Source of the DNA: Oculina patagonica
Taxonomy: Eukaryota
Assembly: GCF_052425735.1 (NCBI RefSeq)
Contig: NC_135759.1
Location: 22,196,001 to 22,260,000 of the forward strand
Direction of reading: 5' to 3'
Length of the DNA: 64,000 nt
Positions 29,301-42,319 of this stretch are shown here, in pieces (within the stretch, counting starts at the first letter, position 1; each line of letters starts with the position of its first letter). Both the position numbers and the translations under genes were made by a program. A model generated the notes under the pieces. That model did no database searches. It was not told the origin of the DNA and saw only the letters and a list, made by a program, of their open reading frames with translations.

Positions 29301-32300
29301 GGGTTCGATTCCGGTCTGGTGTCATATGTGGGTTGAGTTTGTTGTTGGTTCTCGTCCTTGCTCAGAGGGTTTTTCCCCGGGTCTCCGGTTTTCCTCCCTC
29401 CACAAAAAACCAACACTCTAAATTCCAAGCGATCTTCGATCACAATTACAAGTCTTTAATATCACAATTTTTTGAAATCGCGAAATTCGCGAAATAAATG
29501 TGTCGCAAAAATTTCATGAAATAAGGGACTTGACGCCTAAAAAAGGTACACCTTTCAGGCAGAGCCTCCCCGTATAGGCCATCATAGGGAGTGCACCCCC
29601 CCCCCCCCTTGGCCATGTATCTACTTTAAAATGATACATTTTGAGAGCCCTTTCCTGTGTTTTTTTTTTTCTCGGCAGAGGAGAGACCTCTAAATAAGGT
29701 GCAAATACAAACTAGAGTGCAAACATACCTGACAACGAAGTGAAAGGCCGAAACCATAGGGAGGTTTCTTTTCTGAACAATTCTTTGACGTCATATTGAG
29801 CAAGAATCTCTTGTGAATTCATAAAGAGGTTTTCTGCAATGTAATGCTCGGTGTTGTTCAGATATTCTGCTGGTAAAATGCCCACAGAGTTCAGGGGGAA
29901 TGGTACACCTGAGGAACAAAAAAAGTTATTTTTTTTAGCAATAACAAAGTGTAAGCATAAAGAAATGAAAATATTTATTTCAACTCATTTCAACCCTGTC
30001 CTGTCTGGGCAGGTGTGGGGTAGAAATTTTCACACCCTTTATCAGAGATGTTGTAACGAGGTTTGTATGGTGCGTAAATCATCCTAAAGTATTTATTTTA
30101 AATTACTTGCTGTCGAGTAATATAAATCATATTGTGCCAATTGAAAATGATGTCATACATTTCAGAAATCAGCAATTCGGACTTTTCAATTAAGACTCAA
30201 AATCTCCAAAAATTATTTTATTTAAAAAGATAGGCAAAATATAAGGATGCAAACTGTAAAGATTCTATTTTAAAAGTTGCAGCCTATCAGAACATGGTTG
30301 CCATGTGTGGAATCTGGTGACTAGTAGTTTAGACCGCGTTGCGCGGAAACAGTGTGAGTTGAAGAACGTGCTACACTGCACAAGACAAGACTGAACCGCC
30401 ATTGAACGTGTTATGTACTCATTGTGTTGTCGTTACCGCGTTTATTTCTGTCACTGTTAGAAGTTTGATCAAGTATTCGTCGATTAAAGTCAAATAATTC
30501 AGTCTTGTGGTTTACACATCATGGTAACATCACGCAATGTTAGATAATTTTTAGGAAAAAATGTGCAATGTAACTGAGTTTGCTTATCATTGCCTCGATG
30601 CATTTTAAGTTACAAAGTTGAAAATCAGCACTGGCCAGCACATTCTGTCCCACCCCAGGCAGAAAAGGGTTCAAAAGGGACACTTTTTACAGTAAAACTT
30701 TCTGCTGAAGTTCTGTCAAGCCTCAGTCCATTGATGTGAAAGTCGGGGTTCATTTATTTAATACAATAAAAACATAAGAATAACAGCACTGTGCAATTTC
30801 AGATTATCTGTCACTTGTTTAGCTGTTATTGCTTGATATTCAACTTTTCCTTTTGCTAAAATCTCTTGCCTCATAGAAAAACTCCAGAAAAAAGGGACTA
30901 CAGATAATCACACAAACTCACCAATCAGAGAGGTCATCAGTGCTGCAATATCAGCTTGATTGACATCAGTTCTCCTCAGATGAGCAAGGTTCCATTCAAG
31001 TGTGTCAGTTGGAATATCAGCTCCATGGATGGGGGCCATGGGTCCCTGTACCCCCGCTCCCCAAGCCACTAAGGGTGTCAGCGTCTCATGGGGATGCCCT
31101 GCACCATGCGAGCCCCAGTTGGTCATACCATGATCAGCTGTCATCACATATGCTGTTTGACCATCATGATTATAAAATTCCTCGAATAATTTTTCCATTT
31201 CTTTTATTCCCTCATCGACCACAGCAATGTTCCTAAGATATTCTTGTGAGGTTGGTCTGTGGGCATGACCATTGGTGTCAATTCCTGGTTACAAAAAGGC
31301 ACATTAAGATAGTGTACCTGACATATTCACTGGTCTTAAAATCAATTGATACCTCAAAAATGTAAACAATTACATTTCTTCATAATTATTTTTCTTAATT
31401 ATATTTATTAGGGAGTCTAAGCAGCCATGATAGCGAGGGTCATGCTGATGACAATGTCAATTAAAAAATAAAATATATTTTACTTATTAAGAATCTTGCG
31501 ATAATCTAGATCAATCTAGCTTGTCTTTTGATGTTAGAACTATCCACAGGTTGATATGTAAAGGCAGCATCTTATGCTGCCGGAGCTTATCCCGGTTTCT
31601 GAAGCATTAAGCGGCTAGGAATATTTATACTCCCCCTTGAATGGGATGCTAGTCCATCGCAAGGTATCCCCCCAGCATTATGTCGCCGGTACCCATTTAT
31701 ACACCTGGGTGGAGAGAGGCACTATAAGAGTAAAGTGTCTTGCCCAAGACACTTTACAGTCAACTCTCGTTAAAGCGGACACGCTCGGGGCATCGTTTAG
31801 TGTCCGTAATAGCAGGAGTCATTTCCAGTCAAACCTTATTTGCCGGGGATCTGGATTTTGTCTGTAATAGCGTGCATCCGCAATAGCGGGGTGTCCGCAA
31901 GGCAAGAGTTGACTGTAAGTGGTCAACCCAGTGACCCCGGCCAGGGCTCGAACCCAGACTACTCGATCGGGAGTCCAGCGCACTGACCATTAGGCCACTG
32001 CGCCTCCCATAGTAACTACAGTACATGTACACAAATTTTGTAAGGTGTCAACACAATTAAAAGTAGTTTAAAAGGTAAGAATCACCCATTATGGTGTGTC
32101 CTAGTCCAATGCATAATTTATGAGTATAGACACCAAATCAGTGATTCAAATCTGTGTATTACTAACAAAATCCTTTCACTATTTACTTTTTGGTAGTGCA
32201 GTTGTTCGCATGAAAACCCACTAAAAACACTCCATGCCATAGCAACAGAAACAGTTGATTGATATCTAAGAAAAACAAAGTAAGGTCAAGCTACTTTAGA

Positions 32301-35300
32301 TGGATCTAAAATATTCACTCACTGATCTTAGAAACAAATGTCACTTCTTAGTAATAATTGTTTGTCCTAGTGTTGCAGAGGAAAACAAAAGAAATGCTTT
32401 CCATTCAAGGCCTTGAATCATCATTGAGGATGCTTCCTGGATTTTAACTTTCTACACAACCCAGTACAGTGGAACCTCGATATAACGAAGGGCCAAGGGA
32501 CTGGCAAAATATGTTTTCTATAACGAAGTTTCGTTATATCGAGGTTCTTTTCCATATGTTTTTCTATTATTGGGGCTAAGAATATTGTTCATTATATTGA
32601 GGACTTCGCTATGTAGAGGTTTGTTAAATCAAGGTTCCACTGTATTAAGAGATCTTACCTAGAAGGTGAAGAAAAAACACTATTTGTCCTTCATGAAGCA
32701 TCTTCTTCAATGTCTCATTTTTCCCTGCAGTATCAAAGAACCCTCTGACTTCATTAAACACCCAAGTGTCAAGTTTAGCAGCATCTTCATTTCCAAAGTC
32801 TTCCTCAACATCTTTATACATGGAAGTGAAGACATGGCCCCCACTGGCCCCCTTGGCAAACATGGGCAGGATATCAGGGCTTCCCCATGCCCATGTGTAG
32901 CGACTTTCATTGAAGGTAGAATCAAACTCCACTGGATTTTCTTTCCAACCTAGAAAGAGGGGCATTTGTGAAGAAAAGCGTCCATATTAGACTGTAGGTA
33001 AGTTGTCGGCTGACTGTTAGTTGACACATTACCTACATATTACCAACAGTCTACCAACAGGTCAACAACAGTTGGCCCACAGATATCTAACAATCTGATG
33101 GTAAAATCGTGGAATTCATGGAAGCTTTCAGCAGACATACTGCAAGATGAGACAATATGAATAAACTAAATTAAAAATCAAGGACTGATCATAAGTTTTT
33201 AACCTCAGCACCCTACAGCAAAACTAATCTGAGAGACTCAAAAGATAGGGGAAGCAATGGGACAGATCAATAATATTGACAGTAATTTTTTTCATGATTA
33301 TTAGCTTCAGTTTATTTCCAGTAAGATGTCAAAGCACAAAACTTGATACAATTTTCTTTACGACCGTAACACCGTTCATTTGTAACACAATACAGTCGAA
33401 GCTCTCGTAACCGGGGGACACCCTCGGGACGCAAAAAAAAGTGTCCGTAGCTGGAGCTGACCGCTTACGTGAACTGGTTCTCGTAAGTGGCCACTAGAGG
33501 TGTAGGGAAAAGATGGCCACTTACGGAAGCTTGCTCAGCTAACAATAACCGGACGGACGTGGATGACGACAAAACAAACACTGAAATATGGTACTGTAAT
33601 TACTTTAAAATCATTGTGACGAATGGTGATGTGAAGTTGATTTATAAAAACAACGGGGAGAGTTAAAAAATGGGGAGATTGAAAAAAAAAAAACGTGGGT
33701 GGGGGGGGGAGTGTGGCGGGGCAGAAAAAATAGGGACTCCCCCCCCCCACCCACATTTTTTTTTCACTCTCCCCATTTTTTGCTCGCATTCGTAAACCAA
33801 GATGGCGGCCCGTCGGACTGAACGATCCATTTCTACGACTTCACGGAAAAATAGGGGACTGTGAACAGTCTATTTCAAGGGAAAATGTGCTGCCATTTCA
33901 TATAAAAAAAATCTTCTTTCAGACACATGAAACACAGTGATATTTCATGAAACAACAGACATGTAAGGTTAATAAAGGGTATTCTGAAATTTAACCAAAC
34001 AAAATGCACTGTTTTCAAAAAAAGGATTCATGTTACAGTGTTACTGATCGCACAACACACTTTAGAACAACTCATTATGTATGATGTTATGGTTTAAATC
34101 ATCTTTGGTTTAAAATTTTTCAAACCAGTTACATTTTTATTTTTCTTTGCCTCATATTCATTACCATAATCTGAGACAGAGGGATATAAAAATCAAATGT
34201 AACTGGTTGGAAAAATTTTGAACCATAAATAAAGATAGTCCATAGCATAATATACAGATTTTATCTTTGCCTACAACATGTTAATGACAATTTTGCTTGC
34301 TGACATTTCACAGATTCAAACCATTTGCTTAAAACTGTAATTTTCTCACAAGCCTGTTATTTCTGTTAAATTTGTCATTATTTTGTTTGACCACTCTTCT
34401 TTCAAATCATTTGCATAGCTTTGTTAATTATGCATCAGCTTGCTATTTTTGTCTTGTGCATTTCAGTTATTTTTTGTTCCCAAGGGGGGTACTTGGGAAA
34501 AGCTTCCAGATGGGGATGATCGAATAGGAGCAAAAATCAGGACCCAAAAGAATCCCTAGGGCTTCCAACAAAACCCCAAAAAATCCCTGGACCAAAAATG
34601 CATCATCTGAATCCTTTATTTCTCCTCTGGGAGAATAGGGCTTTTGATCGAAAATTAACCCCCCAAAAATCCCATGCTAAATTTCTGACCCTTAAATTTT
34701 CAGAAAGGGGGAATGAACACTTGTGTTTGTTTATTCATCGATCATACCATCTGAATTTATCTTTCCCTCATCTGGTTGTCATCCTAACAATGCTAGAGAC
34801 ATCCAAGAAAACTTCTGTTTCAACAATAGCATTATGAATGACTACAAAAAAATACTTGGCAATTTATCCTACCCAAAAAGTCCAAAACAATTCTAGAATC
34901 GAAAATTTCTTACCCAAAAATTCCTTCGACCATCCCTGTCACTTCAGGTTTTTGTTTCATTGGTTCCCCTTGGTTTTTGTTTTGTTTCATTGGTGAACTT
35001 ATCTTCCTTTAATGAATTTGCACAAATACTGTGGAGGGGGACAGGGGGGCGGGAGCCCGGGAGAAAAGGGGCGGGAAGCGGGAGGAGAGAGGGCGGGAAG
35101 CGGGATTCTTAAGGTGGCGGGAACCGGGAGAAAACGAGTGAAATTTTGTAACATTTCATTATATTTCGCAATAGACATGGAGCAAACAGGAAAGAACAGC
35201 TACGAAAAGGGGCGGGAGGCAGGAGTAGAAGGTACGGGAAGCGGGAGTAAAAGGTACGGGAGGCGGGAGGTTCAGACCCCCCTGTCCCCCCCCCCAATAC

Positions 35301-35941
35301 TATGTAATTTGTTATTTTCATGCAAGTCTCTTATTTTCGTTATATATTTGCTATTTTTCAGTTATTACATCTGGCCCGCCTTTTTCAAGTCATGGAGTCA
35401 TTTGAATTACTAAAATCCACGAGACCTTATTATTTTCGTTATCTTTGCGATCGTCATACAATTCTGGACATAATTGTCATTTGTTATGTTTGGATGCTTC
35501 GTTTTCGAGTCTTTTGTTCGTTTTCAATACTGTCCATGTGGCATGATGTGAGTAACACGGAAATTCAAACAAAGCAAATTCACCAACTTGCTCACCTTTA
35601 GCCACAGCGCTAACGTCCTCATAAAATCCAGCGATAAGAGCAACATGTCCAGGGCGAGACTCTGTAGGAACTCGTGTATGTGACACGCCCCAGCTACCTT
35701 TTTTCTCGATTATTTCTCTGAAAAACGGCGCGCGCGTCATTCCGTGTTCATAAAATTTGTCCGCTCTCAAACCATCAGCGACGAACAAAACCAGCCTCTT
35801 TGCAGGCGGTTTGAGGGTCGATTTAAAAGGAGTCATACCATGAACAAGAGGAGAAGTAAAATAAATATCGAATATAGAGGCTAGATAGATGACATGAACT
35901 AATATTCCAAGAACGAACAAGGACAACTTCGCGGCCGCCAT
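26347..35941 (-). CDS. PIGN: GPI ethanolamine phosphate transferase 1, about 950 aa
   Basis: Exons 35596-35941 ([36 protein letters not shown]), 32659-32949 ([10 protein letters not shown]), 30922-31284 ([15 protein letters not shown]), 29729-29908, 26347-28019 ([25 protein letters not shown]) total 2853 nt in frame; C-terminal KKRA fits a KKxx ER-retrieval signal. Confidence 0.97.
28524..29612. mobile_element. Poly-G-ended DNA transposon (8-bp TSD CCATGTAT) with a nested MITE (about 28880-29527) and SINE fragment (about 29278-29430)
   Basis: TSD at 28516-28523 and 29613-29620. Inner TIR CCTTATTACATGAAATTTT / AAATTTCATGAAATAAGG. Innermost segment has B-box GGTTCGATTCC and a SINE-like body. 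Confidence 0.8.
31575..32008 (-). mobile_element. tRNA-derived SINE (CORE-like body) interrupted by a MITE
   Basis: Minus-strand head GGGAGGCGCAGTGGCCTAATGG...GGTTCGAGCCC, body TTGGGCAAGACACTT...CTCCACCCAGGTGTATAAATGGGTA; uninterrupted copy at about 47330-47594. Confidence 0.8.
31757..31915. mobile_element. Tc1/mariner-type MITE nested in a SINE
   Basis: TA|CAGTCAACTCT ... AGAGTTGACTG|TA. Confidence 0.85.
32465..32644. mobile_element. Tc1/mariner (pogo/Tigger-like) MITE
   Basis: TACAGTGGAACCT ... AGGTTCCACTGTA inverted ends, immediately beside PIGN exon 2. Confidence 0.8.
34479..34973. mobile_element. Poly-G-ended DNA transposon, 8-bp TSD TTTTTGTT
   Basis: CCCAAGGGGGGTACT ... CCCCTTGG; internal similarity to the 41953 and 50221 copies. 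Confidence 0.7.
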
Positions 35942-36332
35942 ATTGAATTCAAAGTATAGCCGCTGAGCTGACATACTCTGACAAGAGGCTCAAAACAAGA
36001 CCGAGAGAGATTGGTGCCCAAAAACTCGAGACCCACGTGGATTGTGCGAGTTCCTAAAACGGGGACATTCTACTAGAATGTAGCAGCGACCAGTAAACTA
36101 AAATAAAAGCAATTTTATTGGCGGAGCGCAATGAAGGTCAATCAAAGATCATTGGTATTAATTAATCAAAATGAAGTCAGCATTTTTTTTAATTTTAGAA
36201 ATCTGATGTAATGTATTTTTGGGAAAGGGGTATAAAACAGGCCATTTTAACGACGCAGTTAAATTTTGCCGAAACTAAAAGTTTACTCAGCAAGAAGAAA
36301 GAAACGAAGATTTTCATCAGAAGCAACCAAAG
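35942..36332. promoter_or_regulatory. Shared divergent promoter region PIGN / HSP70
   Basis: ATGs 391 bp apart; TATAAAA at 36231; inverted CCAAT boxes (ATTGG) near 36117 and 36151; HSE-like palindrome at 36066-36080. Confidence 0.7.
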
Positions 36333-38234
36333 ATGTCAAAGTTAGCTCCCGCAATTGGAATCGACCTTGGAACAACTTATTCCTGTGTTGGAGTATTTCA
36401 ACATGGCAAAGTTGAAATCATCGCCAACGACCAAGGCAACCGAACGACTCCAAGCTATGTCGCCTTCACCGAGTCGGAACGTTTGATCGGCGACGCTGCC
36501 AAGAATCAAGCAACATTAAACCCAAGCAACACGATCTTTGATGCCAAGAGGCTGATTGGGCGGAAGTTCGACGATCCGTCAGTACAATCTGACAGAGAGA
36601 ACTGGCCTTTCCAAGTCATCAATGAGGCTGGGAAACCTAAGCTCCGCGTGGAGACCAAGGGAGCGTGGAAAACTTTTACCCCCGAGGAAATCAGCTCCAT
36701 GGTTCTGACCAGGATGAAAGAGACAGCTGAGAATTACCTAGGCGAGACAGTCAAAGATGCAGTGATCACAGTGCCAGCTTACTTCAACGATTCTCAGCGA
36801 CAGGCCACGAAAGACGCTGGACTGATAGCAGGGCTGAATGTCAAGAGAATCATCAATGAACCAACCGCTGCCGCCCTCGCTTACGGCTTGGAGAAGAACC
36901 TCAGCGGAGAAAAGAACGTGTTGATTTTCGACCTCGGTGGAGGAACTTTTGACGTCTCTGTGCTGACAATAGACGAAGGATCGTTCTTTGAAGTACGCTC
37001 CACGGCTGGAAACACACATCTCGGCGGTGAAGATTTCGACAGTCGCGTCGTGGATCACTTCGTGGAAGAATTCAAGCGCAAGTACAAGAAGGACCTCAAA
37101 AGCAACCCGAGAGCCTTGCGTCGCCTGAGGACCGCTTGTGAACGAGCCAAGAGGACCCTGTCTTCTAGTACTCAGGCCAATATAGAGATCGACTCATTGT
37201 CCGACGGAATTGATTTCTACTCCAGGATTACCCGCGCGAAATTTGAAGAACTGTGTATAGATCTCTTCCGTTCATGCCTAGAACCAGTGGAAAACGCACT
37301 AAAAGATTCAAAGCTTGAGAAATCTCAAATCCATGAAGTGGTTCTGGTTGGAGGCTCTACAAGAATCCCAAAAGTACAGCAACTGCTAGAAGACTTCTTC
37401 AGTGGCAAACAGTTGAGCAAGTCAATCAACCCAGATGAGGCGGTGGCATATGGGGCCGCAATCCAGGCAGCAGTTTTGTCCGGTGATCAGAGTTCCGAAA
37501 TCAGAGATATCTTGTTGCTCGATGTTACACCGCTAAGCCTCGGGATTGAAACCGCTGGCGGAATGATGACCAATCTAATCGAACGCAATACCCGAATTCC
37601 AGCTTCCGTTTCAAAATCAGAGTTCTCAACCTACTCGGATAACCAAACAGCAGTCACCGTTCAGGTGTTTGAAGGCGAGCGGGTCATGACCAAAAACAAC
37701 AATCTGCTGGGGCGATTTGATCTGACTGGAATCCCCCCTGCACCGCGCGGCGTGCCGAAGATCGAAGTCACCTTCGACATCGATGCTAACGGAATCTTGA
37801 ACGTTTCCGCCAAGGATGCGAGCACTGGAAAAACCAACACTATCACCATCACCAACGACAAGGGAAGGCTGTCTAAAGCGGACATTGAGCGCATGGTAGC
37901 TGATGCTGAGAAGTATAAGGAAGAAGACGAGAGGCAACGTGAGACGATCGCTGCAAGAAACAGCTTGGAGAACTATGCATTCAGCGTCAAACATGCGGTA
38001 GAAGATCCAAACGTTGAGGACAAGCTGAATACTGACGATATAGAGATGGCGAAGAGCAAGGCACAAGAAGTGATCGATTGGTTGGACAGGAATTCAATGG
38101 CAGACAAAGAAGAATATCAAGAAAAGGAGAGAGACATGCAAAAAGTGTGTTCGCCAATCATGAGCAAGTTACATGGGCAGCAACAGAACACAGACAGCGC
38201 TTGCAATGGACCCACGCTTGAAGAAATTGAATAA
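36333..38234 (+). CDS. HSP70: Cytosolic HSP70, intronless (inducible type), 633 aa
   Basis: Signatures [37 protein letters not shown] and RAKFEEL; no signal peptide; C-terminus GPTLEEIE. Confidence 0.99.
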   Translation: MSKLAPAIGIDLGTTYSCVGVFQHGKVEIIANDQGNRTTPSYVAFTESERLIGDAAKNQATLNPSNTIFDAKRLIGRKFDDPSVQSDRENWPFQVINEAGKPKLRVETKGAWKTFTPEEISSMVLTRMKETAENYLGETVKDAVITVPAYFNDSQRQATKDAGLIAGLNVKRIINEPTAAALAYGLEKNLSGEKNVLIFDLGGGTFDVSVLTIDEGSFFEVRSTAGNTHLGGEDFDSRVVDHFVEEFKRKYKKDLKSNPRALRRLRTACERAKRTLSSSTQANIEIDSLSDGIDFYSRITRAKFEELCIDLFRSCLEPVENALKDSKLEKSQIHEVVLVGGSTRIPKVQQLLEDFFSGKQLSKSINPDEAVAYGAAIQAAVLSGDQSSEIRDILLLDVTPLSLGIETAGGMMTNLIERNTRIPASVSKSEFSTYSDNQTAVTVQVFEGERVMTKNNNLLGRFDLTGIPPAPRGVPKIEVTFDIDANGILNVSAKDASTGKTNTITITNDKGRLSKADIERMVADAEKYKEEDERQRETIAARNSLENYAFSVKHAVEDPNVEDKLNTDDIEMAKSKAQEVIDWLDRNSMADKEEYQEKERDMQKVCSPIMSKLHGQQQNTDSACNGPTLEEIE

Positions 38235-39169
38235 CTGTAAAATTTGGACAGTTTATAGCAATGTTGTAAAGTAAGAAAATATATTATAAATGATTTCATT
38301 TTTATTATTGATTACTATTTTATTTATTTTATTTTATCCCTCTTTCTCGGAGAAATTAGCTTTTCTTGTAGCTTCTCTTGTAATCCGAGGTTAAATAAAG
38401 GTGGTGTATGTATAATGTATGTAGTTTGAAAGAAATGTCAAAGGCATGAAAAATTTCTTTTTCGTATTATTCATAAGATTATATTTTGGCAAAGTATTTG
38501 CAATAACTAAGTAAATAATAAGCTGAGAGTTTAAGCGCACATGAAAAGTGAAATTTTTTACACGATTTACATATCCCTAGTTGTTAGGTAAGATTGTATT
38601 TTAGTTACACTTTCGAATGTCCGCGATGTTATCGCTAATTAAAGATTTTGATACCTTAATTCACGCCTGCATTGTGCTTTTGTCGTTTGAATAACCTTAT
38701 TAGCCAAGCTGATCCAGGTTATATTAGCAAAGTCACTAGGTTTTTTCAAGTTAACCTAAACAGGTTCTTATATAAATGGTATTTAGTGTAAAATTAGGCT
38801 TACTAGGTTCTTTATTAGGTTCTTAACTTTTGTTCAAGAAATAAAGTAGAATTTTAAAATGATCTGGTCTTTAATGTCCAATAACTGTATTCTTGGAGGC
38901 TTCGGTAAGCAAAATACTATATACTATTTTAATCTGATTCTGTTAAAATCAAACCTATAAACCTTCACTATAATTCCCAACAAAAACTGGAGCTAAGCAT
39001 AAGCGACATCTCACTTGCGGAATCATGATGTTTAAATATTTTTATTTCTGAAGTGGAACTCATAAAACCCCATGTGGTTGTGTGTGACTTGACGGTCCGG
39101 TTGGGATTTATGATTGATCAGACAGTAACATTGAAATCAGCATGATTGGCACATAATTTGTATACTCAT

Positions 39170-39811
39170 AATCGAACGCACCCAGGAGAGAGGTTTGCGT
39201 GCAGTCTTCAGAGATAGCAAATCTACATATGAGCAACTACTGAAGAAAGCTAACTTTAAATCCGGCTCTTTATGAAAGAAGGCTACAGGATATAGCCTGT
39301 ATGATGTTCAAAGTGAAACATGATCTGTGCCCCCCGAACGTCAAAAATTTGTTTTCATTGAAAAGTTCTACTTACAACCTTAGAGGCGCAGATTTCCACA
39401 TTCCCAGATTTAATACAGTCACCTATGGGTAACACTCGCTAAGATATATCGGGCCTATGCTGTGGAATCGACTCCCAACTAACTTAAAAAACTTACCGTC
39501 TCTGCAATCTTTTAAAAGACAGATCACTTTAACTAACCTTTCACTGAAAATTGAACATGGATGTCACAACTGCGTTTTATGTAGTACATGATTTATTTTA
39601 AATGCGAATTAACTTATTTTAAAATTGTTATTGAAATTATTTGTAAATAGCGTAGTTAAATTTTAGTCTGTTTTTATTGTAAATATCAATTTTAAGTCTT
39701 TTTATTATTATTATTTTTATTTATTTTATGTGTCCCCTATTAGTAGAGAGTGTTTCACTCTCGGCTAGAATTCCTTTGACACATTAATAAAGTTGTTGAT
39801 TGATTGATTGA
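39170..39811 (+). mobile_element. 3' fragment of a CR1/L2-group LINE (degenerate)
   Basis: Reads ERTQERGLRAVFRDSKSTYEQLLKKAN...ERRLQDIACMMFKVKH...YNLRGADFHIPRFNTVTYG*HSLRYIGPMLWNRLP, followed by an AT-rich UTR, AATAAA and a (TTGA)n tail. Confidence 0.85.
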
Positions 39812-39914
39812 TCTCGTTCCCACATCTCGCAGGTAGACAAGCCGGACACGAGATCTGGGAACGAGATTAGTATACTCAGTCTGGTACTTATCGCGCAATT
39901 CAAAAACGTTCCTG

Positions 39915-40070
39915 AATATCTCATAGCGACCACCGTTCTTATTCGCAACCGAGTTTTGGACGAATTTTGTGAGCCAATACTTTAAAGACAGACTATCCAG
40001 GTCCTCCAACTTCTCTTCGAGACTTTGCACGCGATGAACATGACCAGCCTTGAACACACTTCCCAGGTCA
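39915..40070 (-). mobile_element. Crypton-like (DUF3504/KCTD1/ZMYM-related) tyrosine-recombinase fragment
   Basis: LEDLDSLSLKYWLTKFVQNSVANKNGGRY resembles the LxxWLxxFVxEVRxxxGxxY motif of Crypton-derived proteins; short and without gene structure. Confidence 0.55.
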
Positions 40071-40446
40071 CATGAGGTCAAGAAAAAGGAATTTTTGCTC
40101 GCGTGCTGATTGGCAAGTACTCAAAACCTCAACGGCTCACTTGTCTTTGTACTGTGTACTTCTACGGTTGGACTGTGCAAGCAAGAAATCTTCTTGCACA
40201 CTTTTGGGTGGCCGAAACCAGCGAGATTCATCCTCAGCTAACCCGTCCAGGTTTCAAAACTAGCAGGACGCTACTGCATGCAAATTGTGGCGGCTTTAGG
40301 TAAACAAGCTTAGTTGTGAAAAACACGGATCTTACATAATCATCACCAAGTATGCGCTAATTAAACTAAAGATGGTACCAATTAAATGTTAACGTGAATA
40401 ATTTCCTTTGTTTGCAATAAGGCCCCGATTTCAAACTGTACGCCAT

Positions 40447-40633
40447 CCTCGGAGACCCAGGGGCAGTTAGTGGGGGCGGGGGAAAGTCTATACGGGCGAA
40501 AAAAGTCAAGAAAACGAAAAGTCAAGAAAAGAAAAGTCAAGAACGAAAACTTGACTTTTCTTCGCTGATTTTTTTTTTCGCCCGTATAGACTTTTCCCCG
40601 CCCCCACTAACTGCCCCTGGGTCTCCGAGGATG
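40447..40633. mobile_element. Near-perfect palindromic MITE
   Basis: Arms of about 55 bp, CATCCTCGGAGACCCAGGGGCAGTTAGTGGGGGCGGGG... and its reverse complement. Confidence 0.8.
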
Positions 40634-40911
40634 ACTGTACGCTTATTAAACCAAAGAAATCAAGAATTAAGTTTTCGTGAATAATATCTTTTGTTTGCAA
40701 TAGCACATTTGCACGATGTCGTCATTTGACTACAAATACCAGAATTCATTTCGCCTTTCCTTTGTTATTCAAATTTTGAATTCCCAGTGGGGTTTGAAAA
40801 ACAATTGCTCTAATTAGAATGACAAAAAGACAAAGCGGAGGATTCTGGTAGTTGTAGTCAAGTGACGCCATCATGCAAATCGCCTATTAGGCGCCGATTG
40901 AGAAGCTATTT

Positions 40912-41046
40912 AAAAAACTCGTGCTTCGTGTTTCATCGGGGTTTCCAAACACTCGAAAACAATAAAAGCACTAGGCCTACGGCCTCGTGCTTTCATCAGT
41001 TTTCTCGTGTTTGGAAACCCCGATGAAACACTCGCACTCGTTTTTG
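40912..41046. repeat. Hairpin-forming palindromic repeat
   Basis: GTGTTTCATCGGGGTTTCCAAACAC ... GTGTTTGGAAACCCCGATGAAACAC arms around AGGCCTACGGCCT. Confidence 0.75.
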
Positions 41047-41952
41047 AAATGGTATTACGTACAGTACTGGATAGCACCCATGCATAAATTATGGAAACTT
41101 CTGGTTGCCAATCTGGAAGGTGCTTTTGTTCTACATGGATGCAGATTTATTTTTGAATCCATGTACTGTGATTTCATAAGGTTCATCTGTTCATCTCAGT
41201 TAATAATTATATTCAAGGAGGACAAGTTTTATGTAACTATGCTGTAACAATAATTTGTACAGACTGTGTTATAAACATATTTTTGAGAAGATTTTTTGAA
41301 TTCTATATTTTTGAGAAGATTATTTTTTCTTTTTTGAAAATAAGAACCTGTTTTAGAATTTTAGCCTAAAACGGTTCTTATGTGAAGGGTGCTTAAAAAT
41401 GAAATTTTAGCCTAACAGGTTCTTACATGTTAGGTTCTTATACGCGGGTTTTTACTGTATTAAAAGACCTGTTTATATGGAGAAAAGGTGTCGTTTAGGA
41501 GGGTTACCCTCATCCCGAGCCATCGCATTTTTATAGCAGAAGTTGTGTTCCTGCTAACGGAGTCAAAACTTTGCCCAATCTCATTCCCAGAGTCCACGGT
41601 CAAGGGGAACGTGGACTCTGGGAATGAGATTGAACGACGATTGAACTTTGCCCTCCCGTTTTCGCGCATGCTCGATGTCTCTGGTATGCGATTCAAACAA
41701 AGTCCGAACATATCCAAAGTATAAAAACACCCTTTCTATAAACTGGCCTTAAGTTGAAGTTAACACTGACTTAAGAGTTTGAAGGGATGACAACACTAAA
41801 ATGTGCCCTTTTTGTGGCTGCCGCTTTTTCTTCTAAATTTACCAGGCTTTCTTTGAATCATTTCTACCTTCGTTTTCCAGAAACGAAAATACCATGTTGC
41901 GTACAATAATTATTTTTGCTACAAGTTTGTTAATTTTTGCCAGTTTGCAGTT

Positions 41953-42319
41953 CCCAGGGGGGGTACTCCGACTTGTAAATGACGGGGATGATCGAATGAA
42001 GGCAAAACTCAGGACCCAAAAAATCCTTAAGTCTTCCGACATTACCCAAAAAATCCCGGGACCAAAAATAACCCCCCAAAAAAATCCCTTGTCAAATTAC
42101 CCCAGGAGGGACAATAACGCTCGCGTTTGATTATTCATCATACCATAAATACGCCAAGACCGTGCCAAAGCACTTAAGTTTGTTTCTAATACCCCCAAAA
42201 AGCCCTTTTTTGAATCAAGTCACCCCAAAAAATACTTGCCAAATCTTCCTGCCCAAAAAAATCCCAGAATCGATCATCCCCGTCATTTACAAGCCGGAGT
42301 ACCCCCCCCCCCCCCTGGG
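41953..42319. mobile_element. Poly-G-ended DNA transposon, 8-bp TSD TTGCAGTT
   Basis: CCCAGGGGGGGTACTCC ... GGAGTAC(C)nTGGG; closely similar inverted copy at 50221-50616. Confidence 0.88.

Noticed and set aside
36506-38299. Antisense ORFs over HSP70 (e.g. 36738-37058, 37626-38066)
   Set aside because: Antisense open frames are a known by-product of HSP70 codon usage; no independent gene features.
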